A DNA stretch of 64,000 bases, taken from positions 1,728,686 through 1,792,685 of the forward strand of contig OZ260086.1 of the NCBI GenBank assembly GCA_965284455.1, given 5' to 3'. Numbering within the stretch: the stretch's first letter is position 1; every line of letters begins with the position of its first letter. This document shows, in pieces, positions 19,719-29,914 of the stretch. The notes beneath the pieces were generated by a model. That model was given only the letters and a program-made list of their open reading frames with translations, was not told where the DNA came from and searched no databases. This DNA comes from Sphingobacteriaceae bacterium (GTDB lineage: Bacteria; Bacteroidota; Bacteroidia; Sphingobacteriales; Sphingobacteriaceae). A program made the translations under genes and the position numbers.

Positions 19719-20347
19719 TAACTTTAAAAACAACCATAGCTGTATTTTAAAGCATCTAATCCTTGTTACCTTGATTTTTCCGTTATCGTTAGGTTTTGCA
19801 ACTTTTACGATTCGTGAAAATTTATTTCCAGCTCTTCTGTCCGTAAACTTCTTAGCTTTCAATAATCTCTGTTTAGGCCTGTGCGATTTTCATATCGGCC
19901 AATCTCTCGATGGCAATATATATTCTTACTCGGTTTAACCCTTTCTGAAACTAACCGTTATCCTTGTAAACTATCCGAAATCTGTCACCTCTCGGTTCTT
20001 TATTTCTTTTGGATCGTTTTATCAGAATTCAAAGTACTTCGTATTTGATATCATCTAATTTAGGTGTAAAACCGTTATCTGTCAAGAAAAAACAATGTTT
20101 TTTACAAACAAAGTTTTCAACTTAAATTAACTGGTTATCAACAATTTAAAACATTAAAAACCTCATCTCAAACCCTAAAAATGCACTTATTTTGGTTTTA
20201 TTAACATTGGCTCCTTTTTCACTTATACACAAAACGTATCGAACTCACTACCAGCAATTTGTTCTTTTTCTGCGTAAAATGCTGAAAAAACAAAAAACTT
20301 AATTTCAATCTCAGCAAAAAGAATGGCTATTATGTTATTTTTGTAAT

Positions 20348-22507
20348 ATGCAGATCAGGCAACCCATCCGAAACATACAAGACTTTTTACTGAGTACGTA
20401 TTTTGCCGACGGCCTGCGCATTACCATTGGTGTACTGCTTCCTTCCTTAATATTTGCCCAGTTTGGTATGCTAAAATATGGCATGACCTTATCTTTAGGA
20501 GCCTTGTGTGTAAGCGTAGTTGATAGTCCGGGGCCAATGGTACACAGAAGAAATGCTATGCTTATTACCACGGCACTTATTTTCACCTTTTCTATTATTA
20601 CGGGTCTCACCAACAAAAACCATTACTTTATTGGCTTTTTACTGGCTGTATCGAGTTTTATATTTTCGATGTTCTACATCTATGGCCTCAGGGCCGCCTC
20701 TGTTGGGACCGCGGTGTTATTGATCATGGTGCTTAGTATCGACGATATCAGGCCCTGGCAGGAAGTATTGCTCCACTCAGCACTGGTTTTGGCAGGTAGC
20801 TTATGGTATACTGGTTTAAGCTATTTTGTTTATCGTCTGCGTCCCTTCCGGCTGGTGCAACAATCGTTAAGCGATTCGATTTTAGAAGTAGCCGAATTTT
20901 TAAGGGAAAAAGCCAAATTTTACCACCAAAACAACAATTACGAAAAAACCTATGCCGATTTGCTACAGCTCCAGGTATCGGTGCATGAAAAACAGGATGC
21001 CGTTAGGGAATTACTTTTCAGAACGCGCGAGATTGTTCGCGATTCGACGCCTGAAGGTCGCTTTCTGTTATTGGTATTTGTAGATATGGTCGATCTGTTT
21101 GAGCAGGTAATGTCTACCTATTATAACTATCAGCAGCTGCATGATCAGTTTGATAAAGCAGGAATTTTACCTGATTATGAAATGGCCATTAAACGAATTT
21201 CTTACGCTTTAGATGACATTGCTTTTGCACTAAAAAGCGGTGGTACACCCGTTGTTTCCAAACGGTTGCTCATCGAAATAGAACGTTTAAAAATTAAAAT
21301 CAACAACCTGGAAAAAAATAACCAAAACCAGGAATACAATACATTAGGAATTATTGCGCTGAAAAACATTGAGGTGAACATTGAGAATATCCTTTCGCGT
21401 GTTAAAACCATTTTCAGTTATTTTAAAATCAGGAATAGTAAAGATATCCGTCAGGCAGAGGTGGATACGGAAAAATTTATTACCCGCCAGAAGTTCGATC
21501 TTAAACTCTTTACCGAAAACTTAACCTACAGTTCTTCCACTTTCAGGCATTCGCTACGTGTTACCGTAGTGATGTTACTGGGCTTTGTGGTATCGCTGGT
21601 TCTGGATTTCTCGCACAGTTACTGGATTTTACTCACCATTCTCGTGATCTCAAAACCTGGATTTAGCCTAACCAAAGAACGCAATTACCAACGCCTTATC
21701 GGTACAACCGTTGGTGCCTTTGTGGGGATGGGTGTACTTACCTATATCCACGATAGAAATACCCTATTTGTAATTTTGCTGATTTGCATGATTGGCTGCT
21801 ACAGTTTTCAGCGTAAAAATTACGTAGTAAGTGTACTTTTCATGACGCCCTATATCCTCATTCTCTTCGATTTTTTAGGTATGGGATCTATTGCGCTGGC
21901 CAGAGAAAGGATATACGATACGTTTATAGGCTCGGGCATTGCGCTGCTAGCCAGTTATTCGCTCTTCCCTACCTGGGAGTACGAAAACCTGAAAGAGGCC
22001 ATGATCGACATTTTAAAAGCCAATAAGGATTATTACGATCAGGTTATTAAATTGTACTTTGAAAAGAGTTATAACCGAACGGAATATAAACTGGCACGTA
22101 AAGAAGTATATGTAAGCACAGCAAATCTGGCCTCATTGTTTCAAAGAATGTTCTCTGAACCCAAAAGCAAGCAACTGTTTATTAAAGAAGTACACCAATT
22201 CACTTCTTTAAGCCATCTTTTATCTTCTTACGTGGCCACGCTCTCGCTTTATAACAAGGAACATGAGTTTGTTTTCGAAAGTTTTGACAACTTAAAACCC
22301 ATGGCCAATAACACCAACTACCTGCTTGATGCTGCTATTGAAAATCTTTTACAAGGCACCAGTACCATCGATAATGTACCTTTAATCAGATTAAACGATA
22401 ATGGTTTAAGCGCTAAAAAAGGCGAAGACCTTGTACCTGAACAGTTCGATCTGATCCAGAAAGTGGCTTATGATATTTATAAACTCTCGGTTAAAATAAA
22501 GCTGTAA
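20348..22507 (+). CDS. FUSC family (YccS/YhfK-like) membrane protein
   Basis: N-terminal TM block; FRHSLRV, HSYWILLT and RLIGTTVGA motifs. Confidence 0.88.
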   Translation: MQIRQPIRNIQDFLLSTYFADGLRITIGVLLPSLIFAQFGMLKYGMTLSLGALCVSVVDSPGPMVHRRNAMLITTALIFTFSIITGLTNKNHYFIGFLLAVSSFIFSMFYIYGLRAASVGTAVLLIMVLSIDDIRPWQEVLLHSALVLAGSLWYTGLSYFVYRLRPFRLVQQSLSDSILEVAEFLREKAKFYHQNNNYEKTYADLLQLQVSVHEKQDAVRELLFRTREIVRDSTPEGRFLLLVFVDMVDLFEQVMSTYYNYQQLHDQFDKAGILPDYEMAIKRISYALDDIAFALKSGGTPVVSKRLLIEIERLKIKINNLEKNNQNQEYNTLGIIALKNIEVNIENILSRVKTIFSYFKIRNSKDIRQAEVDTEKFITRQKFDLKLFTENLTYSSSTFRHSLRVTVVMLLGFVVSLVLDFSHSYWILLTILVISKPGFSLTKERNYQRLIGTTVGAFVGMGVLTYIHDRNTLFVILLICMIGCYSFQRKNYVVSVLFMTPYILILFDFLGMGSIALARERIYDTFIGSGIALLASYSLFPTWEYENLKEAMIDILKANKDYYDQVIKLYFEKSYNRTEYKLARKEVYVSTANLASLFQRMFSEPKSKQLFIKEVHQFTSLSHLLSSYVATLSLYNKEHEFVFESFDNLKPMANNTNYLLDAAIENLLQGTSTIDNVPLIRLNDNGLSAKKGEDLVPEQFDLIQKVAYDIYKLSVKIKL

Positions 22508-22510
22508 CCT

Positions 22511-22930
22511 TTATTTAATCAGGCAGGCATTAAAGGGTAAAGTGTACGATTCTCCGTTATCGAATTTAAAAGTAATCTGTCCGTCGCAGTCGAGGTGCTT
22601 ATCTACAATATCTTTTGCATTAAAAACGATTGGATAAAATTTCTGTTCTGCATTGTCAGATTGGATTGAATCGGCCCTGGGTTTAAATTTCAGTTTTACT
22701 TCTATCCCGCCGGCTTTAATCAAAATCTTTTCTATTTTGCCAAATCTGGCTTTGGTGGTAAAATCCAGTAGCAGTTCGTCAGCCTGTGCTTTAGTAGCAT
22801 CGCTAAAAAGGCTAAAAGCATAGTAAGTTTTACCCTCGCGGAAATACTGGTAATCGATATTCTTTTTCTGACCATAAGCGGTGGTTGCCAGAGCGAAGCT
22901 CAGCAATAAACCTATTAAGACTTTCATCAT
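22511..22930 (-). CDS. Hypothetical secreted protein (start likely 22930, MMKVLIG)
   Basis: Signal peptide ending AYG-Q; start lies 1 nt after the PorP stop. Confidence 0.65.
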   Translation of the reverse strand: MMKVLIGLLLSFALATTAYGQKKNIDYQYFREGKTYYAFSLFSDATKAQADELLLDFTTKARFGKIEKILIKAGGIEVKLKFKPRADSIQSDNAEQKFYPIVFNAKDIVDKHLDCDGQITFKFDNGESYTLPFNACLIK

Positions 22931-22931
22931 A

Positions 22932-23930
22932 TTAAAATCTGGGGCAAGGCACTTTAAACCCTTTAAAATTATTGTGCCTGTAAATAAAAGATAGTTCGTA
23001 GGTACGAGGCGTAGCACTTAATAATTTACTGCCATATACTGTGTAATTTATACCGGCACTAATATTGCCAACAGCCGCGCCTACATAAGGAAAAAAGGAA
23101 GCTTCGTTAAATTTATACCAAATGCCGAGATTAAGCTTTACCTTGGTTTCTTCGCCAGGTTTTAAGCCTAAAACGGTACCCAAAATGGCATCTTTGTTTT
23201 TATTTTGGGCATTGTAAACCCCGGTAACATTTAAATCTGCATAATCATTTAACAGGTAAACCATGCCCAGGTTAACGGTTCGGCGTGCTGCTACAAATTC
23301 GCGACTACTGTTTAAAAGAGCATCCTTAGGTCGTGTTAAATGGTATTGTGCATAACCTCCGGCAATGCTTAGCCTATCGAAATTTGCAGCAAAATTAACC
23401 CCGATATTTACGTCTAAATAAGCTGTTTTATCGTTTTTTAAATCGAGGTAATTGGGCATCGAAGTATCAAAACCACCACCATTATACTGCGAAGCAAAGG
23501 TAAGTTTATTGTAATCGAGATATTTAGCTACGTAGGCTATTTGTGGAGCCAGCCCGAATTTAAAACGGTGTTCTTCATCAAAATACTGATAGTAAGAAAC
23601 ACTGGCGCTGAGATATTGCGATTTTAAGGCTTTATTTAGTGATTCATCAAACAAGCCGCTTAAACCTATGCTAAAGTAGTTATTGGTAAAATTTTCATCT
23701 TCGACCAATTTAACATCACCCGAAACGCTGTAGGTATTGTAAGGATCGCCGAGATTACCCCACTGTTGCCTTGTATTGACTGCAATACGGTACTCGCCAT
23801 CAAAGAAGCCCGTAAAAGCCGGATTTAGTGAGAGTGGTGCCGCAAAGTACTGCGAAAATTTGGGGTCTTGTGCCGAACAACATACAGTAGCCAGGCACAA
23901 AAAGAATATCATCAGGGCTTTGTACATCAT
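22932..23930 (-). CDS. PorP/SprF family type IX secretion membrane protein
   Basis: QDPKFSQYFAAPLSLNPAFTG and RQQW motifs; adjacent to a type-B CTD protein. Confidence 0.92.
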   Translation of the reverse strand: MMYKALMIFFLCLATVCCSAQDPKFSQYFAAPLSLNPAFTGFFDGEYRIAVNTRQQWGNLGDPYNTYSVSGDVKLVEDENFTNNYFSIGLSGLFDESLNKALKSQYLSASVSYYQYFDEEHRFKFGLAPQIAYVAKYLDYNKLTFASQYNGGGFDTSMPNYLDLKNDKTAYLDVNIGVNFAANFDRLSIAGGYAQYHLTRPKDALLNSSREFVAARRTVNLGMVYLLNDYADLNVTGVYNAQNKNKDAILGTVLGLKPGEETKVKLNLGIWYKFNEASFFPYVGAAVGNISAGINYTVYGSKLLSATPRTYELSFIYRHNNFKGFKVPCPRF

Positions 23931-26344
23931 AATATCAGAATAGTTTTTCCTTTTGATTGAATTTTCCCTCCAAACAGGTCAATCCCCTCTGCAAACCACG
24001 AAAATGTTTCAAGGGGTTGCATTTTGCTTTTAAACTGGCCATCCCAACCGCCATTAACAAGAGCTTCACTTTCGTATACCAAAATGCCCCATTTGTTGTA
24101 AACCCTGAAACTGGTTAGTTTCTTAACACTTACCAAAAAAGGATACAAGCGGTTATTCGTTTCCTTTTGTGGCGTAAAAGCGGTTGGTACTATAATTTTG
24201 GGTTGTGGTAAAACCGTTAAGGTAATTGGGGCACTACTTATACAGCCATTTGCGCTTTGTATGGCCACATAATAAACTCCTGCCCTGTTCATTTTTGTGG
24301 GGTTCTGCACCGGGCGTTTCAGGTCCTGATCTTCAAAATAGGTAGCTTTAACAAATGCGCTGCTTCCCTTGGTAATTTCAGGCGCAGTTAAGTCGATAAA
24401 TTCATTATCAAAAATAGTTCTTGGCTGACTTAAAACAAGTTTTGGCGGTTCATTGTAGTTGACTACAATTTTAGCGGCGCTAAAACAACCGCTTTCGTTG
24501 GTTGCTTTTACATAATAAGTACCTGGTTTTACAATCGCTTTAGGATAAGCAAGTGGATTTGTAAGGGCCTCGTCGCTAAAAAAGGTATAGGTAAAATGAC
24601 CATTGGCCTCGGTATACAATGCCGGATTGGTTAAATCTACCTTGTCGGGATAACAGGCTGTTGCAGGCTGATTTATCGTAAAAACAGGTGGATTGGTTAT
24701 GCTGGCAACTATTTTATCGCTTACCATACAACCTGCGGCACTAACTGCTTTTATATAATAAACTCCGGATTTATCAATACGTGAAGGATCACTTAAAACT
24801 TTACTCAGCGCCTCGTCCTCATAAAAACTATATTTGAATGTAACATCGCTGCCGGCAAAATTTTTCAAAGCAGTAAGATCTACCAGATTGCCAAGGCAAA
24901 GGGGTTTTGGATTGGTAATTTTGAGCAGTGGCTTCTCCTGAATCGTTACTTCAACCGGAACCATTTTGCTACAACCAAATTCGTTTGCGAATTTAATAAA
25001 ATACCTGCCGGAAGCTTTAATGTGTTGTGGATGGGTCAAAATTTGTGTTGCAGCCTCATCAGCATAATAGGTTTTGCTTATACCGATCAGTTCACCCACA
25101 CATAATTCGTTTTTCGTAATATCAACGCTTTCAGAATAGCAAACCGCAGCGGGATTATTGACCGTAATATTGGCCACTTTATATACCGCAATATCAATTG
25201 GCACTACACTCTCGCAACCTTTGTTGTTGGTGGCTTTAATGTAAAAGGTTTTGTCGCCCAATATTTTAACTACAGAACCTATCTGGCTGGTTAAATCTTT
25301 ATCTTCATAAACCAGATAATCAAAATCGGCCGTACGGTTTAAGATGTACTTTTCGCTTAGCAGATCTATTTCACTGTTCTGGCAAACCACATCTTTATTT
25401 AAAACCTTTAATTCATAATCAACACCTTTTATTACGGTACTGATTGTACTTGGACAACCAAAACCTGCATAAGGAACCACATCTAAAATAATCTTCGATC
25501 CATCGGCTGGTTTAGGCTTAATACTAATGAACTGGCCTGTGCCGTATTTAACCGAACGATCGGCATTATACCAGCTGTAGTACTGAAAGCCACTTGGCCC
25601 CGACATATTTAGGGCATCGGCACTTTTGCAATAAGTATTTCCAGCTATCGGACCGCCGCAAACATTATTTATATCTACATAAGCATAACCAAAATGGCCT
25701 CCCCTGGCGCAATCGGTACTGATAAACTCAATCAGCAATTGCTTGCCCTGGTAACCCGATAAATTTACAGTAACCGCCGACCAGTCTTTGTAAATTACGC
25801 CTTCATATTCAGCAGATTTTTTAAAGCCAGGTAACGATGAAGTAGCTACATACTCAAAAGAAGCACAAGGGATGTACTCGTTTTTTTCTACATCTTTTAC
25901 ACGTGCAAGAAAACGTGGTTGTTCATAAGGTTCGTGATCAGGGTCTTCTAAAACTACCGCATACTGGTAGGTTAAGGTAAAGTCCGGCAGGTCTGCAGGT
26001 ACGGTCATCTGGTACGAAATACCATCAACCTGGCTTCCGGTTCCGTTATCACCTATTTTAGCTACAAAATTGCCTCCTGATGGCGGGATCAAACTAAAGC
26101 CTCCATAAGGATCAACAAGGTTTTTCTTACTGATGATGGTATGCCTTCCAGTTGCAGGTTTAGCAACTTCGTTTAAGGTAAGGGTGGTTTGATTGTTTTC
26201 AATACTAACCAGGCCGGTAAATATTTTCCAGTTCTGAAAATTTCCATTTTCAAAACCAATATTCTCCGGGCAGGATTGCGCATAAGATCTTGTTGGCATA
26301 GCAAAACATGCTATGAGCAACATCAAAAACAATCTATTGATCAA
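23927..26344 (-). CDS. T9SS type-B CTD cargo protein (lectin-like N-domain + about 5 Ig-like repeats)
   Basis: C-terminal VPTAFTP..FRVYNKWG..WDG gliding-motility CTD; about 81-aa repeats ending GxYYxKA...GC. Confidence 0.9.
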   Translation of the reverse strand: MINRLFLMLLIACFAMPTRSYAQSCPENIGFENGNFQNWKIFTGLVSIENNQTTLTLNEVAKPATGRHTIISKKNLVDPYGGFSLIPPSGGNFVAKIGDNGTGSQVDGISYQMTVPADLPDFTLTYQYAVVLEDPDHEPYEQPRFLARVKDVEKNEYIPCASFEYVATSSLPGFKKSAEYEGVIYKDWSAVTVNLSGYQGKQLLIEFISTDCARGGHFGYAYVDINNVCGGPIAGNTYCKSADALNMSGPSGFQYYSWYNADRSVKYGTGQFISIKPKPADGSKIILDVVPYAGFGCPSTISTVIKGVDYELKVLNKDVVCQNSEIDLLSEKYILNRTADFDYLVYEDKDLTSQIGSVVKILGDKTFYIKATNNKGCESVVPIDIAVYKVANITVNNPAAVCYSESVDITKNELCVGELIGISKTYYADEAATQILTHPQHIKASGRYFIKFANEFGCSKMVPVEVTIQEKPLLKITNPKPLCLGNLVDLTALKNFAGSDVTFKYSFYEDEALSKVLSDPSRIDKSGVYYIKAVSAAGCMVSDKIVASITNPPVFTINQPATACYPDKVDLTNPALYTEANGHFTYTFFSDEALTNPLAYPKAIVKPGTYYVKATNESGCFSAAKIVVNYNEPPKLVLSQPRTIFDNEFIDLTAPEITKGSSAFVKATYFEDQDLKRPVQNPTKMNRAGVYYVAIQSANGCISSAPITLTVLPQPKIIVPTAFTPQKETNNRLYPFLVSVKKLTSFRVYNKWGILVYESEALVNGGWDGQFKSKMQPLETFSWFAEGIDLFGGKIQSKGKTILIL

Positions 26345-26737
26345 CGGGATGATTTAAATAGTTATGATATAAAAATATCGTTTTAGTGTGTGCAGAGATT
26401 TTGTGTCAAGATAAAGTCATGCTTTTTTACACGAAACCCGATACTGATAAATGAGTACAGCTAAATGTTACAGGTACTCAACCTTAACACAAAAAACCAC
26501 AACAAACTGATTTTAAGCAAAATAAAAAACAAAAAAATTTACCCCGTAATTTTAAAATTCATTTTTATTCTCAGTTTTAATGATAAAAGAGCGGATATAA
26601 CTCCTGTTTTTTTACATGAAATGATTATAAAATATTTCAACTATCATCAATTATGCGCTTAGCAGTATTTTTAAGCAGTCTAACCACAGCTAAAAACAAA
26701 GACAACTGTAATTTGTTAAACTAAATCAATTAAGAAA

Positions 26738-27154
26738 ATGATTATGGAAAAGCTATATACAGCTGAAGTTACAGCTACTGGAGGAAGAGACGGACACATT
26801 AAATCAAGCGATGGTATTTTGGATTTCGACTTAAGAAAACCAAAAGAATTAGGCGGTCAAGGTGGAGCCACTAACCCTGAAGAGTTATTTGCGGCAGCAT
26901 GGGGGCCGTGCTATTTAGGAGCTTTAGGTTCTATAGCCGAGCGCGAAGGAATAGATGTAAGCGAAGCAAATGTAAAAGTTTTGGTTTCGTTTAATAAAGA
27001 CGGAAATTCATTTGTGCTTTCGGCTGATCTGGATGTACATATCCCGGGTATCTCTCATGAAGAAGCACAGTTACTGGCCGAAAAGGCACATCGAACCTGC
27101 CCTTATTCAAAAGCTGTTAAAGGGAATATTGAAGTGAGGGTTACTGCGGTGTAG
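26738..27154 (+). CDS. ohr: Organic hydroperoxide resistance protein
   Basis: ATGGRDG, TNPEELFAAAWGPC and AHRTCPYS (two catalytic Cys). Confidence 0.93.
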   Translation: MIMEKLYTAEVTATGGRDGHIKSSDGILDFDLRKPKELGGQGGATNPEELFAAAWGPCYLGALGSIAEREGIDVSEANVKVLVSFNKDGNSFVLSADLDVHIPGISHEEAQLLAEKAHRTCPYSKAVKGNIEVRVTAV

Positions 27155-27177
27155 GTTTTTATACAAACCTATATGAC

Positions 27178-27277
27178 AGTCCGCCTCGACTGGAGCGCAG
27201 CGAAATGCCTACCCGTACAGGCGGGGAGAGATCTTAAATTAGATTTCTCGACTACGTTTCACTTCGCTCGAAATGAC
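27178..27277. repeat. Composite REP-like element
   Basis: GTCCGCCTCGACTGGAGCGCAGCGAAAT...GAGAGATC and AGATTTCTCGACT...CGCTCGAAATGAC; the last 13-mer recurs in both arms of the IR at 58041-58090. Confidence 0.7.
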
Positions 27278-27331
27278 GATCTACAATAAGTATATATTTC
27301 TTCGAGAAAAATTTCCTTTAAACAAAAAAGA

Positions 27332-27350
27332 TCCCGGTTTTTAACCGGGA
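27332..27350. terminator. Hairpin between convergent ohr and bioB
   Basis: TCCCGGTT-TTT-AACCGGGA flanked by A and T runs. Confidence 0.6.
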
Positions 27351-27392
27351 CCTTTCTCATTTATATCAAAGTCAGCCACTTGCTGACTTAAA

Positions 27393-28394
27393 TTATATCG
27401 CTTCTTCTTTAACCAAAGTATTCGCCGGACGGCCGTTTTTAAAAGCCTCGCGGGTTTTTAATCCCAATAATTCGAACATGGCCATATCATCAACAAAAGC
27501 CGGGTTTGGCGTAGTTAGCAATTTATCGCCAGCAAAAATAGAACTTGCACCAGCCATAAAACAGAAAGCCTGCTCTAATGTGCTCATTTCGTTTCTTCCG
27601 GCCGATAAGCGTACCACTGAATTTGGCATTACAATACGTGCTGTGGCAATCATCCTTACCATATCCCAGATCGGTACACGAGGTTGATTTTCTAATGGCG
27701 TTCCTTTAACCGGTACCAAAGCATTAACCGGAACCGACTCCGGATGTGTTTCCATGTTTGATAAAGTTTGTAGCATCGACACGCGGTCTTCTACTGTTTC
27801 GCCTAGGCCAATAATACCACCGCTACATACGGTTAATTTAGCTTTACGTACATTATGAATGGTATTTAAACGATCATCGTAAGTCCTGGTAGAGATAATA
27901 CGTTTATAATCATCTTCAGAAGTATCCAGATTATGGTTATAAGCATATAAACCGGCATCAGCTAAACGTTGTGCCTGATCTTCGGTAAGCATACCCAGGG
28001 TACAGCAAACCTCCATATCCATATCGTTAACAGCTTTAACCATATCAATAACACGGTCAAAATCGCGGTTATCGCGTACTTCGCGCCATGCTGCACCCAT
28101 ACATAAACGTGATGCACCACCCTCTTTTGCCTTTACAGCAGCGCTCACCACCTGGCTAACCTGCATCATTGGCTGTACTTCTACATCGGTATGGTAACGG
28201 GCAGCCTGCGGGCAGTAAGAACAGTCTTCCTTGCAGCCACCTGTTTTGATAGAAATCAATGAGCTTACCTGAACTTCGTTGTAATCTTTATTGGCTCTGT
28301 GTATGCTTGCAGCCTCGTAAACCAGATCCAAAAAAGGTCTGTTATAAATTTCGTATATTTCTTCTTTTGTCCAATCGTGTCTTGTCGTTTGCAT
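27393..28394 (-). CDS. bioB: Biotin synthase
   Basis: Radical SAM motif CKEDCSYC plus YNHNLDT, CSGGIIG and VRLSAGR. Confidence 0.97.
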   Translation of the reverse strand: MQTTRHDWTKEEIYEIYNRPFLDLVYEAASIHRANKDYNEVQVSSLISIKTGGCKEDCSYCPQAARYHTDVEVQPMMQVSQVVSAAVKAKEGGASRLCMGAAWREVRDNRDFDRVIDMVKAVNDMDMEVCCTLGMLTEDQAQRLADAGLYAYNHNLDTSEDDYKRIISTRTYDDRLNTIHNVRKAKLTVCSGGIIGLGETVEDRVSMLQTLSNMETHPESVPVNALVPVKGTPLENQPRVPIWDMVRMIATARIVMPNSVVRLSAGRNEMSTLEQAFCFMAGASSIFAGDKLLTTPNPAFVDDMAMFELLGLKTREAFKNGRPANTLVKEEAI

Positions 28395-28415
28395 TCTGAT
28401 CAGGATTTGTTTAAG

Positions 28416-29765
28416 CTATAGTAAAAGTTTGCTGGCTAAACCTAAAATTAGCAGGAAGCCAAAAACATCGGTAAAAGTAGTAATAATTATAGATGATGCA
28501 ATGGCAGGATCGATGCCTACCCTTTTCAAAATTAGCGGAATACCTGCCCCGGTTATGCCTGCAATAATCAGATTCCCTGTCATTGCCAGGAAGATAACTA
28601 AACCCAGCATCGGATTTCCATCAAAAAAGAAAGCAAAAATAAAAACAATCAAACCGTTCGATGCACCGTTAATCAATCCTACGGTAAATTCTTTCAAAAC
28701 AGTGCGGTAAGCTTGTTTATCGGTCAAATCATAAAGCGAAATACGCCTTACCGTTACCGCGAGGGCCTGTGTGGCCGCATTTCCGCCCATGCCCGCAATA
28801 ATGGTCATGTACGCCGCCAGTGAAGGAATTAATTTAATGGTTGGATCGAAATACCGCACTACAGATGAGGCTAAAAAAGCTGTACCTAAATTGATAATTA
28901 ACCAGGGTAAACGCGATTTTACCGCTTCTACCCAGTTACCACTCAGTTCCTCATCTTCTGATACCCCCGAAATTTTAAGGATATCTTCGGTACTCTCAGC
29001 CTCCATTACATCGATCACATCATCGAAAGTTACTCTTCCAAGCAATTTCTGGTGATCGTCTATAACCGGGATACTGGTTAAATTATATTGCGAAATTAAA
29101 TTGGCTACTTCTTCCTGGTCGGTATCGGGATGTACATAAACAGCATCAACCTTTACCAGTTCGGTTATTTTAGCATTGTGCTTGGCTTTGATAATATCTT
29201 TAAGTGATACAATGCCTTTAAAAATCTCCTCATCATCCACCACATAAATGGTGTAAAACTCTTCCATTTCCTCACTCTGACGGATGATTTCGTCGATAGC
29301 GTCTTTTTTGGTGAGGTTAATGTTTACACAGATCAGCTCTGTGTTCATCAATCCACCCGCAGTCTTCTCGTCGTAGGTTAACAGGTTCCTGATCTCGGAA
29401 GCATGGTCATCTTCCAGGTCTTCGAGAATTTCTTTCTGCTCGTGGTCTTCGAGTTGAGAAATAATGTCGGTCGCATCATCGTAATCGAGTTCCTCAACAA
29501 TTTCGGTACGTTTATCGGGATGCAGTTGAAAAAGCAGGTCTTCGGGATGGGATTCTTCATCCATTTCCGAAATAATCTCGGATGCAATTTCGGCTGGCAG
29601 CAAATTAATGATATGCTGCTGCTCTGATTTATCTAAACGCTCAAATAAAATCGCAATTTCTGAGGCATGGTATTCTGCCAAAACCTCTACCAAAATTTCA
29701 TCACCGGCTAAAATTGCATTTTTAACCTTCAGTACGTCGCTTTTATCTATTTCGAATGACTGCAT
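28416..29765 (-). CDS. mgtE: Magnesium transporter MgtE
   Basis: TAGGLM, CBS pair, GMGGNA, DPAIAS and TDVFG motifs. Confidence 0.95.
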   Translation of the reverse strand: MQSFEIDKSDVLKVKNAILAGDEILVEVLAEYHASEIAILFERLDKSEQQHIINLLPAEIASEIISEMDEESHPEDLLFQLHPDKRTEIVEELDYDDATDIISQLEDHEQKEILEDLEDDHASEIRNLLTYDEKTAGGLMNTELICVNINLTKKDAIDEIIRQSEEMEEFYTIYVVDDEEIFKGIVSLKDIIKAKHNAKITELVKVDAVYVHPDTDQEEVANLISQYNLTSIPVIDDHQKLLGRVTFDDVIDVMEAESTEDILKISGVSEDEELSGNWVEAVKSRLPWLIINLGTAFLASSVVRYFDPTIKLIPSLAAYMTIIAGMGGNAATQALAVTVRRISLYDLTDKQAYRTVLKEFTVGLINGASNGLIVFIFAFFFDGNPMLGLVIFLAMTGNLIIAGITGAGIPLILKRVGIDPAIASSIIITTFTDVFGFLLILGLASKLLL

Positions 29766-29914
29766 TTATCTCTTCAGCTGGATGTTTCAAAAGTAAAGGT
29801 TATTTTCAATAATCAGGGCTAGACTACACTCAATTAATTTAATGATTTATCCAGCCTTTTGGAAATTAAAGTTTCAAAAACTGGGAAATGTGAAATTATC
29901 TCTATACAAAATCA

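Noticed and set aside
19668-19862. 64-aa TTG-start ORF in the large intergenic gap
   Set aside because: Runs through the terminator hairpin, has no recognisable motif and no good start context; treated as spurious (see the sRNA finding).
26452-26480. TGAGTAC-N15-GTACTCA inverted repeat between the T9SS cargo gene and ohr
   Set aside because: A single 7-bp IR is expected by chance and does not match an OhrR box that I can support.
26465-26662. 65-aa ORF upstream of ohr
   Set aside because: K/N/I/F-rich composition typical of translated AT-rich intergenic DNA.
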